DNA of 64,000 nucleotides from Carcharhinus amblyrhynchos (lineage: Eukaryota): contig OZ336887.1 of the NCBI GenBank assembly GCA_965287045.1, positions 39,742,001 to 39,806,000 of the forward strand, read 5' to 3'. Each line of letters begins with the position of its first letter. The stretch's first letter is position 1. Below, piece after piece: positions 1 to 13,529 of the stretch. Under the pieces are notes generated by a model that saw only the letters and a program-made list of their open reading frames with translations, made no database searches and had not been told where the DNA came from. Made by a program: the position numbers and the translations under genes.

Positions 1-499
1 GCCAGATATAAATTTCAAACAATGCTTGACTAACTGTTGGTCACTATCAACTGGTGCATTTTCCATGGCAGCACCTCTACTGATCAGAGTCCACTTGCCA
101 GCCACCCTCTTCTCATTCAGTATAAAGCTGTTTTCCCTGCCATTGATATTCTTGTGATTGTCAGGATGAGTGCCAATATACTTTGACAAAATGCCTTTTT
201 TTCAACAATACTCTGTCTACGCTATAACATTTTTGGTTTGGTGTGAGATGACCACTGTCATTTATTTTTCACTATGATTTGGTTTTATTGCAACGAGTCC
301 TGTCCTTGATAGACAGCTTTGGAGTTTTCATTTATAAATTACTTATATATACAAATGAGCATTTAGTCATTATTAGTATATTGGAGGTGAGAAATAGATC
401 TCTCTTTACCACTTTTGTTAGCCAGCATCAGCATTAAACTTCCCTGTATTAGATAAAGCACAACCCAATTCCCTACCCAATCAATGCTCCAGTGCCATT

Positions 500-750
500 A
501 GCAATCCCGCAATATCAGGCATGGAAGGGGGACCTCTCCTCATGCACTAGTCCCCATTATTTCTTTTAATCAGCTGTACCAAAAATAGATTAACTCACCT
601 TTTGTCATATTTGCTGTTTGTGGGTATTTGCTTTTGTGCAAAAACTTAGCTGCTTTTCCCTGTATGACAACTGCAACTAGATTTCAAAGTAATTAATTGC
701 TTTGAGAGGTTGCTGAGAGATGTGCTAGGATACCTATAATTACACTCTCT
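500..750 (+). mobile_element. Degenerate Deu-domain SINE (SacSINE1-like) 3' part
   Basis: ttgctgtttgtgggta-ttgctt-tgtgcaaa...ttcaaagtaattaattgc resembles the copies at 33920 and 62610. Confidence 0.45.
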
Positions 751-1057
751 TTTGATGTTTTACTATTGTTCTTTTTCCCTTGTACTTTCTTATAGTGGCT
801 CTTTTTATTTCATAGAATATTTCAAGAGGACAGCAGAACATCTATTGTCTCCTGTTTTAATCTGCTAATGTCAAAATTCATTTGCAGCAACAACAAATGT
901 TCTTAATTAAATAAAGAGTAATTAGATAAATAAATACTAGCAAAAATAACTGTGTCCTATTCTGTAAATGGACTACACAGAGGCTAATGAATTGTTGATT
1001 TAGAATTGATTTGCTCGTTCTATTTTCCCCCTGTCTTTCTACCTCGTCCCGAATCAG

Positions 1058-1275
1058 ATGCACGTTTGTTGGGAACCAGGACACCTATGAAGCTCACCTG
1101 GAGGTATGCAAGTTTGAGGGCCTGAAGGAGTTCCTGCAGCAGACTGATGATCGCTTTCACGAAATGCAAGTAGGCCTGGCTCAAAAAGACCAGGAAATTG
1201 CCTTCCTTAGGTCAATGCTTGGGAAGCTATCTGAGAAACTTGACCAGCTGGAGAAGTCTCTGGAGCTGAAGTTTG
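1058..1275 (+). CDS. TRAF7: TRAF7 coding exon (end of zinc finger, start of coiled coil)
   Basis: cag|A TGC ACG...AAG TTT G|gtacgt; encodes [36 protein letters not shown]...LELKF, matching vertebrate TRAF7. Earlier exons lie upstream of the window. Confidence 0.96.
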
Positions 1276-2235
1276 GTACGTAAAACTACGCGGAGTCTTT
1301 AATACAGCAAAACATAGAAACTCTTTGTGGTCATTCCCAGGCAACTGAGATAGATGTAAAGTTTTGAGTCCAAAGGATTCTGAGTATCAGCATGTACCTT
1401 TAAACCGTTGACATGCAGTAATGTTGCAAACCAAAATAAGGCACTGGCATTGATTCAGAGTTACAAGTGCTATATTCAGTCATTTTATTTTAGTTAATAT
1501 TAATCAAGATGTCAAGTCTAATTCTAATTGTTTGTGCAGCTGCTGCTAGCTCCTAATAGATGCTTACACTGCATAAAAATTGAAAATCTGTTCAAAACTG
1601 TCGAGAACAGTTAAAATATTTCCCGTCTTCCAGCAGCGGGAAAAAGGCAAATGAGAATAGTCTGAAAGCCAACCAATTTCAGATTTAAAAGAAACTTGAA
1701 TTTAAATGCCACGAGCTGCCGTGGTGGGATTTGAACCCATGTCCCCAGAGCATTAGCCTGGGACTGTAGACACTACCACTATTCCATTGTCTCCTATTGT
1801 AGAGGATGGCCTGGAAGCAGATTGTTTTTTGGTCACAAGGGATGCAGGTCCTTTATGTAGAGATGCAATTGAAGGCACGCCCTGAGTCCCAATCTATATC
1901 CAGTGGATCGCACACAGTCAATATCAGATCGCCTCTCATTCAGAGCAGGATCTTGTCAAACTTGTTGGTATTCTGCACTTTTTGGAAAACAAACTATCTG
2001 GACATTGTTTGTCATTAAACTGATTCAGTCATAATTATTGTGTCAGTAACTTGTGAGGGGGCAACTGTTGAAAACCAGAATGCATGTTGAAAGTTGCGAG
2101 GTACGTTCAGTATCACAAGGGTTAACTATTTCTTTAGTTTAGAGCTTTTGCAATGAACTGGCTGCATGACATTTGTAACTGTTTATAATGGACTGTTGAA
2201 CATATTAATTATTTTGGACTGGGAATTGAAACTGA

Positions 2236-2481
<246 letters not shown>

Positions 2482-3063
2482 TGAGGATGTTTGTTTTCTG
2501 CATGTTGTACAGATGGCACATCCTGATAGTCTTGAGATTGCTGGCAGTAGTACACAGCAGTGGAGTTCAAAAATGCATTTGGCGTATCGTTGCAAAGCAC
2601 AGAAAGATATGAAACAGGACAGTATGTTTCAGTTCCTATTTCCTAAAATTGTCCAACCGCCCATACATTACACAAAGCTACAGTCACTTAAATTTATTCT
2701 TGGGCTTTAGGCATTTTGTGATTTAATCTTTTATTTTTTGGGCACAGCAATTGCATGCAATTTCTTTACTTTCTCTGAACTATATCTGTGGATATTCATT
2801 AAGTGGTTGTGCGCAGGACCTCCCCTTAAGCACGTAGGCTGCTTCTGCCGCTGTAATATATTTACAGTTCAGTTCATGAAAGCATTTACTGTAAGACATA
2901 TCTAACTTAAAAGACAATACTTAAGAAAATTTTTGTATTTGCACAAACTAAATGAAAAATTGCATCATTGAGGACAACTTGTTTGGAGTTTTGAGAACAG
3001 GCGATGTAAAATCAAAGCAATTGGAATTTTCCTTAGCTTTCATTAGCTATTAAGTTGTAGAAC

Positions 3064-3374
3064 AGAATCATAGAATCCCTACAGTACAGAAGGAGGCCAG
3101 TCAGCCCATCCAGCCTGCACCAATAACAATTCCATCCCATTCCAGAAACCCCACATATTTGCCCTGTTATTCCCCCCGAAATTAGGATCAGTCTAGCACG
3201 GCCAATCAACCTAACCTGCACACCTTTGAACTGTGGGAGGAAACCAGAGCACCCGGAGGAAACCCACGTATACACGGAGAGAATATACAAACTCCACACA
3301 GACAGTCACCCAAGCCAGGAATCAAACCCGAGTCCCTGACGCCGTGAGGCAGCAGTGCTAGCCACTTTGCCACC
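3064..3374 (-). mobile_element. tRNA-derived V-SINE (HE1-like) with CR1-type tail
   Basis: Reverse of ggtggcaaagtggctagcactgctgcctcac...gggtttcctccgggtgctc...gggattctatgattct. Confidence 0.9.
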
Positions 3375-3379
3375 GAGAG

Positions 3380-4215
3380 CATTTCCAAGTCTCTCCGAGG
3401 AAAAATGTTGAAGTCCAAAGAGACTTGGGTGTTCTTGTTCAAAAGTAATCAAAAACTAACATGCAGGTACAGCCAGCATTTGGAAAGGTGAGTGGTGAAT
3501 TAGCTTTTAGTGCAAGCGAATTTAAAGTACAGGAATGTGGAAATCTTGCTGCAAAGTGTCTAAAGCCTGGAGTATTGTGTGCCATTTTGGTTTCTTTATC
3601 CAAGTAAGGATATACTGACCAGGGAGGGAGTGCAACAGCAGTCCACCAGACTAATCTCGGGGATGACAGGATTGTTTTATGAGGAAAGATGGAGGGGACT
3701 GAGGATGGAATTTTCCATGCATGTTACGCAGAGGTGACCCATCGTTGGCCAGCAGCAGGATCTTCTGGTCCCTCCATTGTCAACAGAGTTTCCCAATGAA
3801 TCCTTTGCCACCGGGAAACCCCAAAACAGAGTGCATGAACAGTTGGAAATTTCCAGCCTGAGTCTGTATTCTCTAGAGTTTTGAAGAATGAGAGATGATC
3901 TCACTGAAGTGTACAAAATTCTTACAGGGCTGTAGAAGCAGAAAGGATGTTTTCCCTGTTTGGGGGCCTAGAACTAGGGAACACAGTCAGAGGTAAGCTT
4001 CTAGGGCCAAGATGGGGAGGGATTTCTTCAGCCAGAGACTAGTAAATCTTTGGAATTCTATATCCCATAGGGCTGTCGAGGCTTAGTCATTGAGTATGTT
4101 CAAATCAGAAGTCCTTAGATTTCTAGATACCAGTGACATTTAAGGATGCAGAAACATGGGCATTGAGGTAAACGATCCATCGTGATCAGGTTAAATGTCA
4201 AAGTAGGCGCAAGGA
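3380..4215 (+). mobile_element. Degenerate CR1 LINE 3' fragment with nested MITE
   Basis: CR1 RT C-terminal motifs (ctggagtattgtgtg, tattctctagagttt..gaagaatgagag..gatctc, tggaattct) and the CR1 3' tail. Confidence 0.8.
3703..3858. mobile_element. PIF/Harbinger-like MITE
   Basis: TIRs ggatggaatttt / aaatttccagcc with a 3-bp TGA target duplication; removing it restores the CR1 sequence. Confidence 0.7.
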
Positions 4216-4898
4216 GCTGAATGGCATACTCCTAATAGGTGGATTACTAAATTAACAGTGAAGACCTCCTCAGTATTCTTGATTGATAAACACTAGTATC
4301 ACAGTTTTAATCTGGCTTCTTCAGTGTGTGCTCTATAAATCCAGAAAGCTTGCACAATCCACAATGTACATTTTGATACTTAGAAGAAAGCTTCAAAGCC
4401 ACTGTGAAATGTAAATGCTGTGGAAATCAGTGCAGATTTGCCACATCTATACTTGTGAATACTACAGTATAGGGTAACAAAATAGAACCATTTATTTGAA
4501 GTTGATTTAATTCCTGCATTTACATTTCTAAGAAAATGCAAAGGTTGTAAATGCCTATGATGGGCAAAAAGCCTTGTTTATATTATTCCATATCGCAATG
4601 CATTTTTTTTGCCTTCTGGTCAGTGCTTTGATAATTGTCCATATCCAGAAGGAAAAACCGAATCTTGAGGGTATTTTGCAGTGACGATTCAAGCTGTGGC
4701 ACACAGATTTTTTAAAAAAGATCAATTCAAAATGTTATAGTGGACTTCAGTGTAGTTTGGAGACGTACAGAAATATGATGCAATCCCCTCAACCGTATAA
4801 ATATTTTTCTTTAAATGTTGAAACCTTTATGTGTCAGGATGTTATTGTATTATGCTGTTATGTAATTTGACAGTAATGTGAATTTTATTATATTATAG

Positions 4899-4947
4899 GA
4901 TGAACTTTCACACATCAATGCCAGGTTAAACATGGGAATCCTGGGCT
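4899..4947 (+). CDS. TRAF7: TRAF7 coding exon
   Basis: tatag|GAT GAA CTT...GGC T|gtgagt; DELSHINARLNMGILG. Confidence 0.95.
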
Positions 4948-5169
4948 GTGAGTACTTGTCTAAATAATTCAGTCCATGCTTTCTTTCAAAGTACAGACAG
5001 TTGTAAAAGTAATTTCTGTGCACTTGGTGAATGCTGAGTAATGTAAAGTGGATGTACAGAGGAAGCCCAGTAATTTCCTAATGAAAAGAATTACACTGTG
5101 ATTGTTCTGAACACTATACTAAATTACTCTTGTAGCCCAGATACTGATATTCTTCCATTCTGTTTTCAG

Positions 5170-5297
5170 CCTATGACCCTCAGCAGATATTTAAGTGCAA
5201 GGGTACTTTTGTGGGCCACCAGGGTCCAGTTTGGTGTTTGTGTGTCCACTCTACTGGTGACCTACTCTTCAGTGGTTCTTCAGATAAAACTATCAAG
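5170..5297 (+). CDS. TRAF7: TRAF7 coding exon (WD40 repeat 1)
   Basis: ttcag|CC TAT GAC...ATC AAG|gtgtgt; [43 protein letters not shown]. Confidence 0.96.
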
Positions 5298-5544
5298 GTG
5301 TGTTTTTGAATCTCTGTTAGAAGCTAAGAATGTTAAGTTGTATTGTCTTTCCACAAAGCACCTCAACAAAATAAAAATTTATCTTAATTTTTCACCATCC
5401 TGTCTAGGTACAATTTGAGGAAACTGTCTTTCTAAGAATTTTGGGTGTATCCTAATCTGTTGTACTTTGCAGTCTCAGCCCTATGCTTTTCCAAAACTTA
5501 ACTGCCTTGTGACTTCTCTCCCTTATTTCAAAATAATTGTTTTC

Positions 5545-5680
5545 AACCAAGCTCCAAGAGTCATCCAGACGCAAAACGTTAGTTCTATTCTCTCCCACAG
5601 ATGCTGTCAAACTTGCTGAGACTTTCCAGCATTCTCTGTTTTTGTTTCAGATTCCAATCACTGCAGTATTTTGCTTTTGC
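5545..5680 (+). mobile_element. Penelope-like terminal repeat remnant
   Basis: aaacgttagttctattctctcccacagatgctgtcaaacttgctgag...tttcagattcca; related pieces at 13815-13870 (-), 17560-17710 and 29490-29600. Family assignment is from recall, not a search. Confidence 0.5.
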
Positions 5681-6392
5681 CATTTCAATTAATGTTCAAT
5701 ATCTGTGGAGCAACTTGGGGTATTTTCCATATTGAAGATACTGTCATTGCTGTTAGTCAATTTGCTGAATTTAAAACTATGAATTAAATAATAACAAATT
5801 TAAATTATTGGGTTCCTCCTTAGTGTGTAGCACTGCTGAGGCTCCAAATTGCACAGTGAATTGTAGCATCTGTAACTTTGGAAGGTTTCTTTGAAGCCTA
5901 CTATCTAATGTACTACTTCTAACACCAAACTCGTGAAGAAGTGCACCAAAAAATAATTTAAGCAATTTTTATTTGAAAATAAAACTGATGTCACAAAAAC
6001 CTCAAATCCTATCCAAATAGACTTTGTATTAAGCATTCAATAATGAGATGAAATTATGCTGTAAGGCAGTGGCTTCTTGTTGAACATGTCTCCAGCTGCT
6101 TCACAAAGCAGGAAAGGATGTTGAACAATATTTGAAATGACTTATTAAATTGCTTTCTCAGCTATTTTAACAGATACATTATATTAATGTGTTTAAATGG
6201 GTTAGCAGTTTTGCTAACATAGCACACACAGAAGTATTCATATGCTAATGCAAGACAAATTTTCATCCCTGTGTTGCATGGAGGACTTCTACTGTTTGTT
6301 GAGTTTTAAAGATTAATTTGTGATTCATAGCAATAAAGTAAATTCTCTAACGGAAATAAAAGCTAAGAATTGATCTTTGACATCTGTTTTAG

Positions 6393-6488
<96 letters not shown>

Positions 6489-6507
6489 TAACAAAGTTTT
6501 CACCAAA

Positions 6508-6872
6508 CAGAATCATAGAATCCCTACATTGCAGAAGAGGCCATTTAGCCCCTCGAGTCTGCACAGACTCTGATGGAGTATTTTACTCAGGCGACCTTCC
6601 CTATCCTATTTCTGTAACCCCACACATTTACCATGGCTTGCCCATCTAACCTACACATGTTGGGTCACTAAGGGGCAATTTAGCATGGCCAGTCCATATA
6701 ACTTGTACATCTTTGGAGTGTGGGAGGAAACCGGAGCAGCTGGAGGAAACTGGATCACCTGGAGGAAATCCATGCAGACACAGGGAGAATGTGCAAACTC
6801 CACACAGGCAGCCACCCAAGGTTGAAATTGAATCCGGGCTCTGGGAGCTGAGAGGCAGCACTGTGCCACCCG
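6508..6872 (-). mobile_element. V-SINE (HE1-like)
   Basis: Same family as 3064-3374; starts ~30 nt after a TRAF7 donor. Confidence 0.88.
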
Positions 6873-8229
6873 GTTTGAAGAATAAACCTGCCCTCGCCTA
6901 GTTTATTCCTGTCTATCCAATCTTAGCCAAGAATGACTTGTCTTCCCTTTCCCAGGCTATTGCTTCTGGACTTCCCCAAGGATCTATCCTTGCTGCCTCC
7001 TATTTCTCATCTACCCCCTGCCCCTTGCTTACATAATCTGATAACTAGCATCAGGTTCCTATGCACACTGTGACACTTGGTTCTCCCTCACCATCATCTC
7101 TCTGGACTGCTCCACTGCCTCTGACCTGTCATGCTGGTTCAACTCGGACAATGCAACGAGCAGAAATTCCTTTTAATATTGGGAAGACCAAAACCAGCTA
7201 ATCCTTATCTTAGCTTATCAGCTGTTAAAATACTCCTGTGAGCTTTTGTTAGCTCTAGACTTGACTATCCAGTATTCTCCTGGCTGGCCTCTCTTCTTGC
7301 ACCTTCTGTAAACTTGTTCAACCAAACTCTCCTCCCTGTACCTTAATACACACCAAGTCTCGTTCACTAATTACCTCCATGCTCACTGACTTATATTGGC
7401 TTATATGATGTAAAATTTTGTTTGCTTAACAGTTCTTAGGATGTTTGCCTTTGTTAAAGGCAGAACAAAAATGCCAGTTGTTTTTGCTGGCACTTAGGCC
7501 TCAATTTTACACACAGTGAGGCCAGAAACAGACGTTAGATGCACTTCAGGCTGTGATGAGCCCAGCAACGTGATGTCATGCTGGTTGGCCAAGTAATCTG
7601 CAGCCAGCATGAAATGTGTGGGTGAGAAAGGCTCAGTACTGCCATGGGTGCATGAAGCGAGCAGGTGCCAACGGAGGATACAGGCTGATGCTTCTATTGG
7701 GCTCCCTCTAGGCTGATAGCTGTTGTGGAGCTGTCTCAGAAAACTGCAGACCACTACAAATTAAATGTGATGTAAAAACATTGCAAATTATGCAGCAAAT
7801 TGAAATACGTAACAGCAGAATTCCAAAAACCTCCTTCCCCCAGGTGTCTTTTTAAATATTATTTCACCCCAGGCATTTCATCCCACCTTGGATTGAGGCT
7901 GTAGTAAGAAATACATGGTCACCTGGCCAGTTGGCCCATTGGCTAACCATAAAACTGGTCAAGCCACATAAAGTCACTTTTGATTGATTTCTTAATGGGT
8001 TTAATTGTCCATTTAGATGTTGGTGTCTGAAATGTGCAACATTTCATTTGGCAAGTTCCCCACTCCTGCACACGCACACTGACTGAAATATCACGCAATT
8101 TCTCGTGTGTCGGACATGAGTCCACCCAAGCAACACAAAATTCCGACGTTAGTTTTCTAATGGATGTCACTCTTCAAATAAAGCAAATTCAAGTGTGCAC
8201 TCAAATTCTTTTTTAATTTTGATTTGCAG

Positions 8230-8269
8230 GAACAAGTTGTACAGTGGCTCTGCAGATTGCACAATAATT
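8230..8269 (+). CDS. TRAF7: TRAF7 coding exon (WD40)
   Basis: tgcag|G AAC AAG...ATA ATT|gtaagt; NKLYSGSADCTII. Confidence 0.95.
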
Positions 8270-8314
8270 GTAAGTTTACTAATAGAAATTACTGTAAAAG
8301 TAATTTGGACAGAT

Positions 8315-8940
8315 TTCATTGGTCAGAACATTGACTACAGGAGTTGGGACGTCTTGTTAAAATTGTACAAGACTTTGCTAAAGCCACACTTGGAATACTG
8401 TGTGCAATTCTGGTCACCCTATTATAGAAAGCATAGTATTAAACTAGAAAGAGTGCAGAAAAGATTTACTAGGATACTATTGGGACTTGATGGATTGAGT
8501 TATAAGGAGAGGCTGAATAGACTGGGACTTTTTTCTCTGGAGCGTAGGAGACTGAGGGGTGACCTTATAGTAGTCTATAAAATACTGAGGGGCATAGACA
8601 AGGTAGATAGTCAATATCTTTTCCCAAAGGTAGGGGAGTCTAAAACCAGAGGATATAGATTTAAGGTGAGAGGAAAGAGATACACAAGTGTCCAGAGGGG
8701 CAATTGTTTCACACAGAGGATGGTGAATGTCTGGAACAAGCTGCCAGAGGTAGTAGTAGAGGCAGGTACAATTTTATATTATAAAAAGCATTTGGACAGT
8801 TATGTGGGTGTGATAGGTATAGAGGCAATTGTAGGCAATTGGGATCAGTTTAGGGGTATATTTATAAAAAAAAAGGCATCATGGACAGGTTGGGCTGAAG
8901 GATCTGTTTCCATGCTGTAAACCTCTATGACTATGACTCT
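8315..8940 (+). mobile_element. CR1 LINE 3' fragment (RT C-terminus plus tail)
   Basis: LYKTLLKPHLEYCVQFWSPY...LERVQKRFTR...LGLFSLERRRLRGDLI; ends in the ctatgactatgact tail. Confidence 0.93.
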
Positions 8941-9086
8941 AGGTGAATTTGTAAAAAGTATAATTACAAATGTAACTATATTGTTCTGCTGGATTTTTAT
9001 TAATTTCTGTTTGTGTCTATGTGTCTCACTCCTATGCTCACCATCCATCTCTCTCTCCATAATTGTCTCCGTACTTATGCTGTTGA

Positions 9087-9278
<192 letters not shown>

Positions 9279-9454
9279 TAATTCATCAGTGTCATTTTGC
9301 TTTTTGATGGAACTTGCTTATGGTGAAGGATCAGACGATTTCCTATAAATGATCCATGTCAATACTATAATGGGCTTTACAAAAGTAGAATTCATCAGTT
9401 ACCTTGGCAGTTTTCCATTTTTATTAACTTGTTTTAATGTGATACCCTCCTAAG

Positions 9455-9577
9455 GTTTGGGACATTGTGAGCACAGATCTGAATCTGAAGAAAGAGCTCA
9501 CTGGTTTGAATCATTGGGTACGTGCGCTGGTGGCATCACAAAATCATCTTTACAGTGGATCTTATCAGACAATCAAG
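9455..9577 (+). CDS. TRAF7: TRAF7 coding exon (WD40)
   Basis: ctaag|GTT TGG GAC...ATC AAG|gttagt; [41 protein letters not shown]. Confidence 0.96.
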
Positions 9578-9772
9578 GTTAGTTTTCTTCATTTTTGCGC
9601 ATAATTAAGTTTTCACATTTTGATACATTCCGATTATGAGGTTAATCGTTCTAAAAGAAGCCATTTAGAGATGCTTCAGTCGTTGTAAAACAGCAAATTG
9701 TGTGAACAAAATGATCAATAATACTTTTTAAATAACGGATATAATTTATAAAATAGCAGCTGCTGACTTGAT

Positions 9773-9899
9773 GGCCGGAATTTTACCGGCCCACCTGCCT
9801 GGGGAATTGGAGTGGGCGAAAGTCAGAGCATGGGAAGGTCAGCTGACCTGAGGCAGAATTTTATGGTTTCGGGACAAGCGAGGCTGTAAAATCCCACCC
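9773..9899. mobile_element. Short PIF/Harbinger-like MITE
   Basis: TIRs ggccggaatttta / taaaatcccaccc with a 3-bp GAT target duplication; relatives near 29362, 58103, 60136, 62190 and 63140. Confidence 0.7.
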
Positions 9900-11088
9900 G
9901 ATATGTGTAGCTTTTGTTCCATACTGATGTTTGATAACAGACATTTAAATTCCTCTAAATTTTTTAGACTAATTTAGCTTAATCTGTGTAAGAGCTAATT
10001 AATGGAACATATTAATAATTTCCCCTGTACTATTGCAGAGAGAGTCTCCAAGTTTCATAGTAATATAGTAAAAGGTTCAATTTTTGATTTAGAGAGTATT
10101 ATGTATAATTTTTTTTGTATTTCAATATCTATATTAGAATTAAATGCTTGGGTTTTTGTCCTTCGGAAGCAGTATATGTGGGCCTGGTATCAATCGTTAT
10201 ATTTAACCATTATAGGTCAGAAATTAACACCAGTTCCTAAAAGAGATGTATAACCTTCAGCTATATTTTTCTATACAATGATGCAGGTATTAACTTATTT
10301 CTCATTTACAAATTGCTTTGAGAAATATCTGCACATGCAATCCTGTTCTGAAGTCCTCCTTTAACAGCAGTCTTTGTAAATTGCCAAAGCTGTGTGTCAT
10401 ACCCATAAACCCAAATACTGACCCTGTATCCATGGTAACAATTGTATAACTCTTAACAGATGCGGCACTGTTCAATTTTTCCACCAGTATGATTTGTGTT
10501 GATGGGGGGGGCACTTAATGGAAATTAATGTTTATAAATGATCAAAATTGGACACAAACCTTAAAACCCAAGCTTAAGCCCTAAAATGTTTAATAACTTT
10601 ATAATTTTTATGAAATGTTTTTGTTGTATGTTGTTTTATAATTGTAATGCATAGCTACAGAAATTCCTTTACTTGAGGCGAATAGTCTGTTTGGAAGCTG
10701 GAAAAGCCACCTAGTGTTAAAAAGGGGTTAGCACTCTGGGATATGTAGCATACGTTCTGCAACGTATTTCATCTTTTAGCATTTATGCATTGTAATGAGA
10801 AGAATTGAGTTTTGTACTTGCTGACTGATGACTGCTTTATGTCCATTTGTATTGTGAAATACATCAAATAATGTTGAAAAGTAAATCAGAGATTTCATTC
10901 TTTTGAAAGCCCAATATGTCATTAAATCTTTGCAGCATCGCCACTTAATCAACATATATCCTATGGGTTCCTTATGTTTTTAACTGAATTAATTTACATT
11001 ATCCCCCCTAAAAGGATGATAACTTGAATCATTTATTTCAGACCAGAAGGATATGTAATAAGTTAACTTTGCTTGTTGAAAGTTTTTG

Positions 11089-11662
11089 CGGCTGTTTCTC
11101 CCAGCCCACTGTGCGCCATGGCCTCTGTGCATCTCCTGTGTGAATTTCTTTGAAGCGCTTTGTGATGCACAGAGTGCAGGATATTTGTTTTGAGAATCTT
11201 GCTTCTAAAAAAAAGTCAGCAGAATTACTCCCGTCTGGCGTTATCAACTCAGCGCAGAGCTGATTGAAATATTAAGATCAGCATTTGAGTATGATTAGAG
11301 GGCCCGGAATGGAAGTCGTTCCCCCCCACCGACCCTTCTCTGAGGAAGATAAGGGGCTCATTGGGTTGGGGTGGAATCGGTAGATCTTGAACCAAATCAG
11401 AGGGGCAGCAATGGGGAATCACGGGGCTACTGCACATGTATCAATCTCTGCTCTGATAGATCAGCACTACTCAGCACTATGCTGCCAGCCTCGCCAGCAG
11501 GAATAGGTCCTGCCCCCTGATTTCCAGTGTGAATCTCTCTGAGGCACTCTGTGTTGCACAGAGTGTGAGAGATTTGTTTTGAGAACCCTGATTTAAAAAA
11601 AACACAGCGGGAGTCTCTTCTTACATGAATTCGGCACTTAGAATCTTTGGGAGAATCCCACC
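11089..11662. mobile_element. GC-rich MITE-like element with internal inverted repeats
   Basis: Ends ggctgtttctccca / tgggagaatcccacc; repeated internal block gcacagagtg..gatttgttttgagaa..aaaaaaa..cagc. Confidence 0.5.
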
Positions 11663-11710
11663 TGTATTTTTAAGGAATATTAACAGCTATATTTTTACTC
11701 TTAACTATGA

Positions 11711-11872
<162 letters not shown>

Positions 11873-11943
11873 TAAAGAGTAACTTTATTAACGTACTTCA
11901 GAAGATTTAATTGATGAGAATGTTACAATCACTTTTTTCATAG

Positions 11944-12081
<138 letters not shown>

Positions 12082-12801
12082 TAATAGTTTCACATGAAAC
12101 TGTAAACAATGGAGACAAGTTGATCCATTTCCTTACATGTTATTGTCAGTAATCTTCCTGCTAGTATCTGCTATAGTTGAACAATGTACTTACATGAAGC
12201 ATTTGCACCATTTACAGTAACTAAAAGCACATAGAAAATACCACCATCAGCATGAGACTATATATTGATGTGGGAGAGTATGCTTGTAATCCTGCATTGA
12301 AGGTGCTAACTGCAAGCACGACTTTTATTTCCCTGAATCCCTAGTGTTATATTCCCCCTTGTTGTGTTCCCTCACAATTGTGCACCTGTGTTTTGTCAGA
12401 CCAGGTTTATGGAGTTTCAAGACTCCAATGCTTCATATTTGTGGTTGATATCCCCTAAAACCTTTAATTATGCAACAGCCTCCTAATACCTTTCCAGTTG
12501 TTGTTCAGGCTCACTCTCACGTGCTAATCAAACAAAGACAAATGCTATTACAGGGTTTAATAGAGATTTAACCAGGCGCAGACCTTTAAATGGTTCCATA
12601 GATATTTCAGGGCTTTAGTGTGTTTCTTCTCTATTCTAATAATCTTAAATGCAACTGTACTAGATTGATAGTAAATATCTTTTTATCTTGATAAATAGTA
12701 GATATCTTTTTATCTTGATAAATTTGAGGAAAATGATTAAGTAATCCACAGTATTACGGTGTGTGTAGTTGTTCTGTCATTGGTAGGAGGAGAAGAATTT
12801 T

Positions 12802-13416
12802 GGGCCGAATTCTCCCAATGCCATGCTATTGGGATGGCAGAGAGGGGGATGGGGAAGAATCCAGCAGGAGACCCAAAGATCAGTTTCATGCCAGCATGAA
12901 ATTACAGTGGGATTTTCCGATGCTGTCTGCCATGACACAGGGGAATCCTGCTTGAGGCCAGCATGAAATTGATTAGCATCCCGCTAATGCGATGCAGATG
13001 AAGATCTGACTGGACTATCTCTTCCACACCACCACCACCACCACCCCAATCCTGGAGTGACACAGCAGTGAATTGGAGGAGCACCTATCAGGTGTATCTT
13101 CCAACTTGAGTATCTTCGAGGAGGCCCATATTCTAGCCTCAATGTGTTCCTGTAAGTCCATCTTCTTTCTTCAATGGCGGGTCATTGACATCCAGTGCCT
13201 TTTAGATACGCATCTGGATAGGACAGCTAGTTGCACGCAAACAAACTTGCCCTGCTGCGTTAGATGGCACAAAATTCCCAGATGCATCATTGATTACGCC
13301 GGAGATGGAAAACATGGCCTGGTTATTTTTCTGTCACCTACGTGGTGGGAAATGGTCCCCCGTCACCACATTTGTCCTCGTCACGGGACTTAGTACCAGA
13401 TCGGAGAATTCTGCCC
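12802..13416. mobile_element. GC-rich MITE (Harbinger-like TIRs)
   Basis: TIRs gggccgaattctcc / ggagaattctgccc. Confidence 0.6.
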
Positions 13417-13529
13417 AGTGGTCTTGCAGTGTCGTACAATATAATCTTGCCTTTTCTTGGCAACTGTTCCTTGTACAAATAAATCTTTTAAAGTGATTGT
13501 TTTGATCAAATTTGATATTGTATGGAAGT

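Noticed and set aside
1-225. Possible repeat with a hammerhead-like motif (ggatgagtgcc)
   Set aside because: The core lacks CUGA and GAAA; too degenerate to call, and family identity cannot be supported from the sequence alone
5545-5585. Hammerhead-like remnants in other Penelope-type termini (also ~29495)
   Set aside because: Catalytic core mutated (no intact CUGAnGA/GAAA)
12668-12723. 27-bp direct tandem duplication
   Set aside because: Ordinary slippage duplication in an intron
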